Shown one piece after another: positions 33,551 through 47,044 of a stretch of 64,000 nucleotides of DNA; positions within the stretch are counted from its first letter, which is position 1; every line of letters begins with the position of its first letter. The translations under genes and the position numbers were made by a program. Below the pieces are notes generated by a model that saw only the letters and a program-made list of their open reading frames with translations, was not told the origin of the DNA and did not search any database. Source of the stretch: Mobula hypostoma. Its lineage: Eukaryota. The stretch is from the NCBI RefSeq assembly GCF_963921235.1, contig NC_086107.1:110424001-110488000 (forward strand), read 5' to 3'.

Positions 33551-35384
33551 AGCCTGATAGAAGGTTATAAGATTATTTAAGATTCAAGATTGTTTAATAT
33601 CGTTTCCTGTACACAAGTGTAAAGGAGAACAAAATAACTGTTACTCCAGATCTGATGCAGCACAAAAAAAGCACCATAAGATAAAAAACACGTTAATAAT
33701 AAAAAAGCTACAATAAATATAAATATGAAGATAGCTTATATACATAGATTGATTGTATGTCCATAAAGTGGTGCTAGGCACTGAGGTGTCCGTACATAAG
33801 GTGACTGACAGGAAATGATAAAGTAGTGGTGGTTGGGGGAGAGGAGGGGTGGATTAGTGGGTGGAGGTGTTGATCAGCTTTACTGCTTGGAAAAAGTTGT
33901 CATGAGCCCTGTGGCTTGACACAGAGTGTTGAGCACCTCTGTTTATTAATCAATATCTTAAGTAGAGTTATTAAGCCCTTGCATTTTTTGTTTAATCTTG
34001 TCAAGTTAATTGTGGTTGGGACATGTTTCCCACATTCTATGATTATTCTCATTCAGCGCTTGGGGGGGGGTCATTGTGTTGGGGAGAATGAATTGTCTCG
34101 TGGTGTCACTCAGTCACTCCTCTGAGGCTCTGTTGGTATTTCAGTGTCTAACCTTGTGTTTCCGTCTCTTCCTGGGGACCCTGCTTCTGGTTCGAGCCGT
34201 GAGCCTGCCATTCGCAGCTCCTGGGCTGAGCAGGTGCCAAGGAAGCTCCATAACAGAGGAAGCCTACCATTCCTCCGCATCTGGGTCCAGTCCTTTGTGA
34301 ACACACCGTGACAGAAAGCAACGGTTTTTGAGTCTGGTGGATCTCACGTTGCCTCCCCTCTGATGGAAGTGGGACAAGCAGAGGAGCAGGCAGCTGCTAA
34401 CTGCTCTCTGGGGTGCAACAATGGCCGTAGAAATTTGTAGAGTCAGTCTGGAATAAAATGCACACATCCTAATCAAAGAGCTTGTCTCTGTTGGTACACT
34501 CTACAAAGAATTTTGTTAGAGGTTAGTAACATGCACTTCACATCCATGGAGCCACAGAGGAACAAAGCATTTCTATTTTGCCAGTGAAGACTCATCTGTA
34601 GATTCCCTTGGGGGGTGCGGAGGCCAGTGTCCTTGCACCGTTGCTGTCTGCGATTCACCACCGTGCCAGTGCTCACTGTTAGGGCCTTGTTCTGGAAGGC
34701 AAGTGGTTGCCATGCAACAACGTCCCAGGGTGCAGTGCTGTGACTTCCCAGAGGGCCGTGCTGCAGTTTGCTGCTGTCTGTAAGGAGTTTGAACGTTCTC
34801 CCCGTAACCGTGTGGGTTTCCTCCGGGTGCTCTGGTTTCCTCCCACAGTCCAAAGGTGTATAGTTTAGGGTTATTAAATTGTGGGCATGCTATACTGGTG
34901 TCACATGGCGATGCTTGCGGGCGGCCCCCAGCGCACCCTCAGACTGTGTACGCGAGCAATGCATTTGACTTATTTTGATGTGCAGCATAGGAGAAGAATT
35001 AAGCTAATCTTTGTCTTTTTAATAAAACTCCCAAGGAACAGCGCAGAATTTTCCCAGGGTGCAGTGCTGCAACGACCCAGGGAAGAGCGCAGCAATGTTG
35101 CAGGGAGACGTGCTGCAGCTGCAGGGGGGGGGGGCCCAACTGGAACAAGCAGCAGGTTGGGTAAAATTGACAAGAGGAACGATGCCAATGAATATGTTTG
35201 CCTCTGAGATGAGCTTCTACACTTGAGACGGGTACCAGCATGAGGTGATGATCAAACCGTGTCAAACTGAGGAGTTGGATTGGCTGCTTGCTGGAGTGAC
35301 CAGTCAGGTCAAAGCTGGCCGTCAGCAGAGGTGATGCTCTTCCCAGAGGACCTCTTGTGCTGGACACTGAGTCCAGCTGGACTT

Positions 35385-36180
35385 TGGACATTTTGGTAGG
35401 ACTAATCAAAATAGGACATTCATGGTGAATGGTAGGGTATTGAAGAATGCTGTAGAACAGAGGGATCTAGGAATAATGGTGCAGAGTTCCCTGAAGGTGG
35501 AATCTCATGTGGATAGGGTGGTGAAGAAAGCTTTTGGTATGTTGGCCTTTATAAATCAGAGCATTGAGTATAGGAGTTGGGATGTAATGTTGAAATTGTA
35601 CAAGGCATTGACAAGGCCAAATTTGGAGTATTGTGTACAGTTCTGGTCACCGAATTATAGGAAAGATGTCAACAAAATTGAGAGAGTACAGAGAAGATTT
35701 ACTAGAATGTTACCTGGGTTTCATCTCCTAAGTTACAGAGAAAGGTTGAACAAATTGGGTCTTTATTCTTTGGAGCATAGAAGGTTGAGGGGGGACTTGA
35801 TAGAGGTATTTAAAATTATGAGGGGGATCGATAGAGTTGATGTGGATAGGCTTTTTCCATTGAGAGTGGGGAAGATTCCAACAAGAGGACATGAGTTCTG
35901 AGTTAAAGGGCAAAAGTTTAGGGGTAACATGAGGGGGAACTTCTTTACTCAGAGAGTGGTGGCTGTGTGGAACGAGCTTCCAGCAGAAGTGACTGCGGCA
36001 GGTTCGATATTGTTGTTTAAAGTTAAATTGGATATCTATATGGACAGGAAAGGAATAGAGGGTTGTGGGCTGAGTGCAGGTCAGTTGGACTAGGTGAGAG
36101 TAAGAGTTCGGCACGGACTAGAAGGGCGGAGATGGCTTGTTTCCATGCTGTAATTGTGATATGGTTATATGGTTATATGA
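35385..36180 (+). mobile_element. CR1 3' fragment
   Basis: EQRDLGI...RPNLEYCVQFWSP...RLRGDLIEVFKI; (ATGGTTAT)n tail. Confidence 0.92.
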
Positions 36181-36989
36181 GTCACTGGTGAGTGCTTGAC
36201 GTTTTTCTAGACCTAGATACCAGACAGCAGAAAAGGTCATTGGCTACCGTCTACCATCACTGCCAGTCTCATACATCTCCAGGACAAAGAAGTGAGCAGG
36301 AAAAATTGTGGATAACTACTCATCCTTCAAACTGCCTTTTCCAAAAACTCCCTTCTGGCAAGTGCTATAGGGCAATTAAAACAAGAAACTTCATGCCATC
36401 TTAAAAGTTTCTTCCCCAGATAGTTAATCTAATCAACCATTCTAGTTAGTCTCCCCACCCCCCTCTATCTATTACCTCAGTCACTGCAATATAAGCACTT
36501 TAAACTACTTTTTATAAAGCTGTTTACATTGTAAAAACATGCTAGGATTTATGCACATTTTATTCCATATCTGTACTTGTAACTTTATTTTTATATATGT
36601 AACCCTCTATACTATATCATTGTTGAATGTTCTTGTCGCATGTCACGCCAACACACCACAGCAAATTCCTAATGCATGTAAATGCGTACAGAAAATAAAG
36701 TTAATCCTTGGTCTTTGACATCATGTGAGGATAATCATCAGACTAGAAAACGGAATGAGTTTCAATTGTCCAACAGAGTCAGTGGTAAATCTCTTTGTGT
36801 TCTTTTTCTGAATGTCTCTGTCCCCCAATACATCCTCCTCATAGACCTCTCTGGTATCTATCTTCATATCATCAGCAAACTTGGATATAATGTTGACTAT
36901 CATCAACTGATCTAGATCAGGCTATTTACTACACGACTCTTAAAAGCTTGCACTTAATTTCGTCTGTATGAATATCAATGGTTCCTTCA

Positions 36990-37460
36990 GGTTGTTATAG
37001 CTGGGGTTGGTAATGGGGTTAAGTTCCCACTATCTATTAAATGCTCCAGTGGCGTGTGCCTCAAATAGCCTCTGACAACCAAGTCCAGCTCCTGGCCTTC
37101 GTGTGTGGCAAAGGCGGGTTACTGGCCCTTAAAACCAGCTGCTTCAGGCAGAAGGGCCTCATCAGCTGTGGAAGGCAGCTCATCTAGGAGAGGGAAAACT
37201 CGGATCTCAAACCTCAGCTGCCTAGTAAATCCAGAGCTGGTGTCCCTAAGGCAGATCTATGTTGAGTTCAACACTGACTGGCATCTTCTGCCATGCTGTA
37301 TCGGTCTCTGCCGTTCCTTTGGGTACATCTGATGTGTGGAGAGGGGAGCCTGCTACATGGGCGACGGCTTGCTCTCCGTATTGTACTGCTCTGGTTTGTG
37401 TATCTAAACAGCTAGGATGCATCATCCATGGTTGACTCTGACCAGCAGAGGCCTACAACT
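36990..37460 (+). mobile_element. Non-autonomous element, possibly Vingi/ingi-related
   Basis: 5' ggttgtta pairs with tgacaacc (37073-37080), preceded by a ctcaaa loop reminiscent of the ingi/L1Tc Pr77 signature. Confidence 0.5.
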
Positions 37461-37465
37461 ACCAA

Positions 37466-37978
37466 TGTAACTATGTTGACCCTGGGCCAACAATTTAGAA
37501 CATGACTACTACTGTTCCCTCTGTACCAATACTCACTCGGACCACTTCTCCAGATTACAAAACTGAAATAGGGGATCTCCTGTTGGCCAAACAATTGATT
37601 CTTCTTTTCCCAGCTCCTGGCAAGGGGGCTTCTTTGCGATAGTCTCCTACGTTCTCACCACTTTGCATTCAAAGCCCCTCATTCTTCTACTCTTTCCTTA
37701 TCAGTTCAAATGTTGTGTTTCAATTTCAATTGGCTCTTGCTTAACTGGTTAACGTATGTCAGCTTCCCATTGGCTCTAGCCTATCTGGCTAACATATGTC
37801 AGCTTCCCATTGGCTCTGGTCCAAACCAGCATTAATTTATTGCACTTTTCGCAAGTGACAACTTGTAATTAACTTACCTTTGTTCTGAATCAGAGCAGAC
37901 CGGCCGGTTGTTAGGCTCGGGTTACTCAGGTCAGACATAGGTTGCCCAATTCATAAACCTGCATGTTCTATCCTACCA
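37466..37978 (-). mobile_element. Possible LTR-like segment with tandem CCAAT boxes
   Basis: Begins tgtaac; three attggctct motifs at a 40-bp period. Termini and TSD are not clean. Confidence 0.3.
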
Positions 37979-38789
37979 AAGAACCCCTCACAAGTAACTT
38001 CGTATTTGGAAATGATCTCTAGTCCAACGGGTTATCAGGAGTATCATTGTGTCTACTTTAAAACACTGTGATGCAGTGATTCCGAACAAAACCACCTCAC
38101 AAAATGGAGGTTACTGAGCAGCTTCACAAAATGGCAGCCTCCATTCCTTCAACGACATGGCAAGAACAGAGACAATTGGTTTGTCTATTTCCACTGTCCT
38201 TGACTTATTCGAGTTCAATGTTTTCCTCCATAATTTAATTCCCTTTTCGCCTACAAGATCATGTATGGTCTCCTCACTGATTGAGACTGAGCACGGCTGG
38301 GGTTTCAGCACCAAACCCTTCAATCCCAACTTATTAGTGACCCATTTATTCCTCCTCAGTTCTCCTTCCATTAAGTAATCCTCAATCCACGCCAGATTAT
38401 CACCCTCAATAAAACACGTTCTAGTATTATTTTCTGAACTCTTATGTAATTCCTTATTAAAGTCCTCCTGAAAGTTCAAATGCACCAGATGGCATGGTAG
38501 CACAGTGGTTAGCACAACGCTTTACAGTACAGGCGATCCAGGTTCAATTCCCACCTCTGCCTGTAAAGAGTTTGCATGTCTTTCATGTGGGTTTCCTCCA
38601 GGTGCTCTGGTTTCCTCTCACAGTCCAGAAACGTACTGGTTGGTAGGTTAATTGGTCCAATGATTAGTTAAAGGGCCAGAAGGATCTACTCCACTCCACG
38701 CTGGATCTCAATAAACAAATAATAAACAATAACTGATTTATTTTTATCTTTTCTATCACTTGTCACCTCAAAATACTCCAACAAAGCAG

Positions 38790-39840
38790 AGTGTTGAGTA
38801 CAGGAGTTGGGATGTTATGTTGAAGATGTTGGTGGAGTATCATTTGCAGTTCTTGTCACCTACCTGCAGGAAAGATATCAATATGATTGGAAGTGTGCCA
38901 AGAAAATTTACAAGGAGTTACAAAGATGCAAGGATTTGAGTTGTAGGGAAAGGTTGAATAGGTTGGGAACATTGGAGAATGAGTGGAGATTTGATAGAGG
39001 TATACAAAATTATGAGGGGAATAGATAGGGTAAATGCAAGCAGGCTTTTTCCACTGAGGTTGGGTGAGATTAGAACTGGAGGTCATGGGTTAAAGGTGAA
39101 AGGTGAAGTACATAAGGGAAACATGAGGATGAATTTAACTCAGAGGGTAGTGAGAGTGTGGAATGAGCTGCCAGTGGAAGTTTTCAACATTTCAACACTG
39201 AAGAGAAATACAAAATTCAAAGTAAATTTATATCAAGTGTATGTATGTCACCATATACAACCCCTGAGATTCGTTTTCTTGTGGGCATGCACACAGTAAA
39301 TCCAAGAACCATAATAGAATCAATGAAAGACCACACCCAACAGGGCAGACAAACAACCAACGTACGAAAGACATCAAACCGTGAAAATACAAAAGAAAAA
39401 TAAACAAACAAGCAAGAAATATTGAGAATGTGACATGAAATGTCTTAGAAAGTGAGTCCATAGGTTGTAGGAACAGTTCGGTGATGGAGCGAGTGAAGAT
39501 GAGTGAAGTTATTCCCACTGGTTCAAGAGCCTGATGGTTGAGGGGTAATAACTGTTCCAGAACCTGGTGGTCTGGGTCCTGAGGCTCCTGTACCTTCTTG
39601 ATGGCAGCAGCAAGAAGAGAGCATGGTCTGGATGCTGGGGTCCTTGATGATGGATGCTGCTTTCCTGCCACAGCGCTCCGTGTAGATGGACTCATTGATG
39701 GGGAGGACTTCACTCATGAAGGACTGGGCTGAATCCACTACTTTTCAGAGGATTTTTCATTCAAGTACATTGTTTTTTTTCTGTATCAGAGCTTGATGTA
39801 ACCATTTAATATACTCTGCACCACACATCTATTGAAGTTT
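38790..39840. mobile_element. Decayed CR1 3' fragment (plus, 38790-39200) abutting a Rex1-type 3' part (minus, 39213-39840)
   Basis: GDLIEVYKIMRGIDRV on plus; ERCGRKAASIIKDP on minus. Confidence 0.8.
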
Positions 39841-40561
39841 GGGAGGAGAGGAGAAGATGGCGGCGTGACGCAGCGCGCGCGGCCGCTCCGAAATGATATC
39901 GTATTTGTTAAATAGGGGCCGTGCACAATCCTGATTTGATGGAGACAGATGTGAGAAGCACGGAGGAACATCTGGAGAAACTTCTGAAATGCCCGCTTCG
40001 CTGCCGCTGCTACTGTGCGATCGAGAATCTCCGGAGGGGAAGACCCCAAATCCTCAGCTTTGCCTGTTGCCTGTTGCCGGAGACGGGGTCGAAGCGCTCG
40101 GCAGAGATGGTGCTCGGTGTCGGAGGGCTGGTCGGAGGCTTGAAGTTTTTGAACGGACTCAAGAGTTGGCTGTGGTCGGGTGCTTCCAGGATGCTGAACG
40201 GACTCAAGAGTTGGCTGTGGTCGGGTGCTTCCAGGGTGCTGCATCGGCAAGTTTGCGGCGCTGGAGGTTCATGGCAGGGAGAGTTTCTCCCTTCTGCCGT
40301 CTGCGTGAGATGATGGGACTTCCAAGAGACTTCGAGACTTTTTTTTTACTGTGCCCATGGTCTGTTCTTCTATCAAATTACGGTATTACTTTGCACTGTT
40401 GTAGCTATATGTTATAATTATGTGGTTTTTGTCAGTTTTTTAGTCTTGGTTTGTCTTGTGTTTCTGTGATATCATACAGGAAGAACATGGTATAATTTCT
40501 TAATGCATGCATTACTAAATGACAATAAAAGAGGACTGCGTGTCCTCATAATCTAATCTAA
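39841..40561 (+). mobile_element. YY1-head SINE-like element, copy 4, with an internal 45-bp tandem duplication
   Basis: AAGATGGCGGC at 39854-39864; duplication at 40150-40239; gaggactgcgtgtcctc stem-loop and (AATCT)n tail. Confidence 0.88.
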
Positions 40562-41415
40562 TGTCATGCTGAATCTTCACAAACTTCTAAGGAAGTGCTG
40601 GTGCCATTATGGTTACACTTACCTGTTGAGCCTAGAACAGATCCTCTGAAATGATAATGCTGAGGAATTTAAAGCTCTCAATCTTTCCCAACCTGGGGGT
40701 CCGCAGACCACTTGTTTAAATGTGTTGGTCCATGGCATCGAAAAGGTTGAGAACCCCTGTTCTTAAACACCGCTATCATATCTGTCTCCACCACCACCCC
40801 TGGCAACATATTCCAGCCATCTACCACTCTCTGTACAGCAAAACTTGCCCCACACATCTCTGAACTTCTCCCCTCTTACCTTAAACATTTTTCTTCGAGT
40901 AAGGCACACAGCGCCTGCAGATTCTCTCTTTGAGTTGTACGTCCTCTCGTATTAGATTCAGGCTCAGATTCATTTATTTATCACATGTACATCGAAAAAT
41001 ACAGTGAAATGCGCCATTTGCGTTAATAACGTTGGAGAGGGCAACAGACGCTGGCCTTGTGGGCATGGACATAGCCACGGGAAAGGGGCAGGCAGTCGGC
41101 TCATGCTAGAACTCTGGGATTTAGCCTCAAGGTTCGGGGGAGTAGATCTAGGACAGAGACGAGGAGGAACTGCTTTTCCTAGAGGGTGGTGAATCTCTGG
41201 AGTTCTCTGCCCAATGAAGCAGTGGAGGCTTCCTCAGTAGATATATTCAAGAGAAGGTTGGATAGATCTTTGCATAGTAGGACAATTAAGGGTTATGGGG
41301 AAAAGGGAGGTAGGTGGAGATGAATCCATGGCCAGACCAGCCATGATCTTATTGAATGATGGAGCAGACTCGATGGGCCAGATGGCCGACTCCTGCTCCT
41401 ATTTCTTGCTCCTAT

Positions 41416-41878
41416 TTTATTGTGACTCAGAAACTTAGTATCGGTGCAATCACTCAAGTTGAGGGGTTGTATATTTCTGGGTCCTCTGATGTCTGTAGAT
41501 ACCAATCTGAGATCCACATGTTCTGGCACTGTGTCCCTTACTGGAGAACGCTTGTGTGTGACTTCGTTTAACATGGGGAGGCAGATGCACGGGCAGCCAC
41601 CACACGGTCCTTGACAGATTGGGGTGAGATGCAAGACGACTGGGGACCATTCTCTGCTGCAGCCTCCCTCCATCTTCACTGCAGTTGTGTTGTGTCATCA
41701 TCTTCCACCGCCTCCAACGTTGAGGTCTTGGTTGGATCGCTCTTTGTCTGGAAACTCTCCCTTGACCTTACCAACAGGGATGACCCTACCAGGAGCTAAG
41801 CTCCAGGCAGCTTCGCTCTCGGGATCTCAGGATCTCACAAACCCTTCCACCACGACAATCTGACGATCCTCGGAGAAG
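41416..41878 (-). mobile_element. Non-autonomous RTE/Expander-like element related to 22007-22426
   Basis: The reverse complement begins cttctccgaggatcgtc and shares ctcctggtagggtca and atccaaccaagacctcaacg. Confidence 0.78.
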
Positions 41879-42619
41879 ACCATCAGTAGCTTAGTCACTG
41901 GAAGAATGAACTGGAGATCTGCACTAACAATCTGGAGTTCAAAGCAGGCAAGGAACTTGAATTAAAGAGTCTGTGCTTGAGGAAGAAAAGAAGCTACTGT
42001 CAGTAATTGTGACCGAGGAATTACAGGGACGCTGAAATTAATGTATTTTCTGGGACTGGGAAGTGCAGCTGAAGTTAAAGGCAGCATGAATATGTACAGA
42101 TGGTGGTTCGATTCCCCACAGTGTGAGTGGAAGAATTCTCTAATGCCGCGGACTCCTCCAAATCATGTACTCGAGGTGGTTTCCTCGAGCAGTGAGAAAT
42201 TAACAAGGGAGCAGTCTAATTTAGACTGGGTATCATGTAATGAGATAGGATTAACTAATGATCTTGTAATAAAAGTTTCCCTTGAACCAAATGATCCATG
42301 TGAAAGATTCCAAATTCTGTATCAGGCTGGGAATTGCAGGTTTGAAACTACTGTCCAAAATTTAAATCAATAGATACATCTAATGCCAGAGAAATGTATA
42401 CAATATACATCCTGAAATTCTTTTTCTTTGCAGACATCCACAAAAACAGAGGAGTGCCCCAAAGAATGAATGGCAGTTAAAACGTTAGAACACCAAAGCC
42501 CCCCACGACTCCCCCTCCCACGCATAAACAGTAGCAAGGCAACGACCCACACCCCACCCCCACCAGCAAAGCAGCATCAGCACCCTCCACTGAGTACTCG
42601 AGCGTGCAGCAAAGCATCA

Positions 42620-43247
42620 ATAGTCATAGTCATACTTTATTGATCCTGGGGGAAATTGGTTTTCGTTACAGTTGCACCATAAATAATAAATAGTAAAAGA
42701 ACCATAAATAGTTAAATAGTAATATGTAAATTATGCCAGGAAGTTATGAAATAAGTCCAGGACCAGCCTATTGGCTCAGGGTGTCTGACCCTCCAAGGGG
42801 GGAGTTGTAAAGTTTGATGGCCACAGGCAGGAATGACTTCCTATGACGCTCTGTGCTGCATCTCGGTGGAATGAGTCTCTGGCTGAATGTACTCCTGTGC
42901 CCACCCAGTACATTATGTAGTGGATGGGAGACATTGTCCAAGATGGCATGCAACTTGGACAGCATCCTCTTTTCAGACACCACCGTCAGAGAGTCCAGTT
43001 CCATCCCCACAACATCACTGGCCTTACGAATGAGTTGGTTGATTCTGTTGGTGTCTGCTACACTCAGCCTGCTGCCTCAGCACACAACAGCAAACGTGAT
43101 AGCACTGGCCACCACAGACTCGTAGAACATCCTCAGCATCGTCCGGCAGATGTTAAAGGACCTCAGTCTCCTCAGGAAATAGAGACGGCTCTGACCCTTC
43201 TTGTAGACAGCCTTAGTGTTCTTTGACCAGTCCAGTTTATTGTCAAT
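42620..43247 (-). mobile_element. Young Rex1/Babar-type LINE 3' 620 bp
   Basis: Near-identical to 21198-21820; tcaata duplicated at both junctions. Confidence 0.9.
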
Positions 43248-44624
43248 AAAGACACAGACTTGCAGTACCCCAAAGACTACTCATTCACCCGGTAATTTGA
43301 CATACCACAGGCTCTCTCCCTCCCTAATAAGGGAAGAAGAGGTGTCACTGTTTCACAGCGAGAGGTGAGACATAACAAACAACTTGCTGATTTACGATAT
43401 TAAAAGTCTGTTGTGACGCTTTCCCTGAGCTCTGCACCTGGAGAGTCAGCTCCAAAAAGGGACAGCTCTCCGGACACTGTTGTGTCTCCCGCGACGCTTC
43501 AGTCAGCAGGCACCGGCCTAGAATAAGCACGCCCCCAGAGCCGTGAGTTCCCGGCACCCCGAAGGCACGCTCGTCTTCCAGGCCGCGTCTTTGGGATATC
43601 AAAAAGTGGCCGGTCGTGAGGCCCTAAGACCATCCTATTCAAGACAATGTAGCCAGCAGAAGTGGTGGATGTGGGTTTGATAGCAACATTTAAAAGAAGT
43701 TTGGATAAGTTGGGAGGGATATGGAGGGTTACGGTCCAGGTGTGGGTCAACGGGACTAGGCAGAATAATGGACATGACTGAAGGGCCTGTTTCTGTGTCG
43801 TAATGCTCTAGGATCTCTCTGACTCTAATTACAATCGTTCATTAAAGTGCAGTGGTAATGACTATAGATCAGCACTGGAAGGGAATGCAGGGAATTTTAT
43901 TAATCTCAGTAAAGGTATATTCAGATATATTCGTGTTAGCGAGTTAATTAGTCATTGTAAACTGTCCCGTGATTAGATTAGGGTTAAATCGGGGGTTGAT
44001 GGATGATGTGGCTTGAAGGGCTGGCTTGACCTATTCAAAGGTTCATTTTATTGTCAAAGTATGCATGTACAATACAACTCTGATATTCTTCTTCTCTAGA
44101 TAGCCACGAAATACAGAAAAAAACAAGGGTTGCTGAAAGAAAAGACATCAAAAACCTCCCCCTGCATGGAGAAAAAACCTCGCAATCCCCAAACCTTCAA
44201 CCCCCTCCCTCGCACAAAATCTAACAGGTCTTCCACAGGGAAAATGGCAGCTGAGGAACAAAAAGCCCACACTCTCAACCACCTCCTTTGCTCAGAAACA
44301 GAGACAATAACATCAAACCCCCAACCCCCTTGCTTGCAGAATCTCTAAATGAATTCCGCATTGTATCTCCTAAATAAATAAATAAATTTGTGGTATTTTG
44401 TTTTTAGGAACCAGCCAATCACAAGTCTGGTCTGAACTGGAGTGTTCAGGCCTGGTTGCCATCTTCGAGGTTCAGTGTGAGGATGGTGGAGAGGATCCAG
44501 AAGAGGCTTCTTGGGATGAGAAGAGACAGGGAAGTCATAATCAACACAGCATGCCCACCATGCTGGGCAGGACATGACACAACAAGCAACCAAACAACGA
44601 CAGCAAAACAGCGCTCCCCACTTC

Positions 44625-45070
44625 CCCATCTTAACAGCAACAGAGTTCCTCTTGTCTTCACCTAACACGCCATCAGCTTTCGCATCCAACACGTAATCCT
44701 TCACAACTTCTGAAATCTCCTAAGGGATCCCACCACTAAACATATCTTTACCTCCCCACCACTCTCCGCTTCCTGCAGGGATCGCTCCCTCTGTGATTCC
44801 CTTGTTCGATTGCCCCTCCCGGCACTTAACCCTGCAAGCAGCTGGAGTGCTACATCTGCCCGTTCACCTCTTCCCTCACCTCCATTCAGGGCCCCAGGGA
44901 GTCTATCCAGGTGAGGTAACACTTCACCGTGAATCTGCTGGGGTGGACTATTGTGTCCTGTGCTCCCGATGTGGCCTCCTCTACTTTGGTGAGGCCCGTT
45001 GTAAATTGGGGAACCACTTCGTCGAGCACCTCTGCTCCAACCACCACAAGTGGAACTTCACGGTGGCCAA
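44625..45070 (+). pseudogene. Penelope-like element linker and GIY-YIG endonuclease fragment
   Basis: RVPLVFT...PCKQLECYICP...ESAGVDYCVLCSRCGLLYFGEARCKLGNHFVEHL, with stops and frameshifts. Confidence 0.85.
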
Positions 45071-45107
45071 GCAATAAAGCAAGCCCCGTTCCCCCCTCCC
45101 AATGCAC

Positions 45108-45398
45108 TGTTACATACCCCGTAACTGGGTTGCCAAACCAGCAGAAATAGAACACGTGTTGGAGTCTGTGATTACGAGGAACTAATAAAGTTTTATTAAA
45201 GAAATAAATAATACAGTACACTAATCGCAAGGATATAAATGTAACAGGTTAGCAATGATACTATACACATATACACAGAAATAGGGTAATAGGAATCAAC
45301 CAAGCTCTATTGCAGTCTAGGGGTAAAATGATCAGTCTTAAGTGAAGCAGAGTTCAGTTCAGTCTAGTGCAGTTCGAAGTAATCGCTGTTGTTGTACC

Positions 45399-45431
<33 letters not shown>

Positions 45432-45936
45432 AGAGATACAGTTGGTTTCAGGCAAACCTTTTCGATGCGTTCTGATCCAGCTGTGGTCACCGACTGTGAC
45501 CCCTCTGTTCCAGATACGATCGTTCTTCCGTGGTGAACCCGGCACCCAGGCAAGGGTGGACACACACCAGGTTCCCACTGATTGTACCTTTACACCCTGT
45601 GAGCCTCTGACCGATTCCTGCGAACCGGTCCTCCAAACTCCCACCACCTTGTGGGGCAAACTGCTCTTTCCAGGGTCTTGTGGCGTGTGTGTCCCATGCT
45701 TTAGCAAACCTGCTATTTTTATCCCCCTGCTGGGGTTTCACCTGTCCATCAAACTTCAAACAGTTCAGGTTCAAAGCAAACAGCTTGTCGCAGACGCCAA
45801 CATCGGAATTGTGTTTCTTTCTCGTTAATCTCTCTCTTCTCTCTTATTAGCATTTTGAATGTTTCTCCATTGTCTTCCATTATCTCTCTCATTAGCATCA
45901 TCCGTCCTGCAGCTCTGCTTGGCGTCACACATGACA
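45108..45936 (-). mobile_element. Solo LTR (829 bp)
   Basis: TGT...ACA termini; 4-bp TSD gcac at 45104-45107 and 45937-45940. Orientation is inferred from the AATAAA position. Confidence 0.8.
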
Positions 45937-47044
45937 GCACATACACAGTTCCCTAACTCAAGGATTGAGCACCTTCAGTGAACTTTGCACATTCTCCCTG
46001 TCTCTTGTTTCATCTCTCATTCCATTGACATGTGAGTTAGTAGGTTAATTGGCCATGGCATAGTGTCCTTACTGTGCAGGTGAGTGATAAAATCTGGGTG
46101 TTGGTTGAAGGGAGAATACACTACAAGAAAAGTTAATGTGGTTCTGGGACTGCACTGTGAGCTAGCATGGACTGAAGTTGGCTTCCCTTCCCTTTGCTGA
46201 TAATTTGCTTGAGCCACCTCTGACACCTCCATCCCCTTTCTTGATCTCTCTGTTTCCATCTCTGGAGACAAACTGCCAACCGACATCGCTTGTAAACAAT
46301 GCTGAGTTCCTCCAGCATTTTGTGTGTGTTGTCCTCTTTCCCATCTGGAAACTGCCACCATTACAAGATCTCTGCATCAAAATGGCAGAAGTTAAGTTCT
46401 TCACAAAGTTAAACTTGTCACACACATTAGATCAGTCAAATGCAGATGAAGAGAGACAACATAACCTGACTAACAGTATACTGAAGGGTTCATGCCTTAC
46501 ACAAAGTTGGCAGCTAGAGGGAAGTCATAATCAAGAAACTTTGCAATTGATGAAAATGGTTCGGCGCAGACTAGATGGGCCAAAGGGCCTGTTTCTGTGC
46601 TGAACTTTTCTATGACTGTATGACTCTAACCTGCAGAGAATAGACCAAGGATGACAAACTCTTTTGAGAGCATCCATCCAAATTATTGATAACCCCTAAA
46701 AAAATTCTCTCACATGCCACAACAATTCTGAGCAGAGATTACCATTGATGGATGAATTAGAAACAATAATTATGAACTTATTTTTAAGGCAAAAGGTATA
46801 TGTCTTGTTGCTTATGTATGCACATCCATTGTTTTGATATTAATACAAATATAACAGAGACAGATATATGCACTTTAGAAAATCAGTTCCAAAATTATTA
46901 ATTATTAATATTAATTTTTTAAGACAACAGTTGAAAAATAACACCATTTCTAAACAGTATTGCTTTTGTAACCATTTACTCTAAATATTGATGTGTGCAC
47001 TAGGTCTGTTTATTGTTGGCTGGCTAGTATTTTGAGACAACTTG

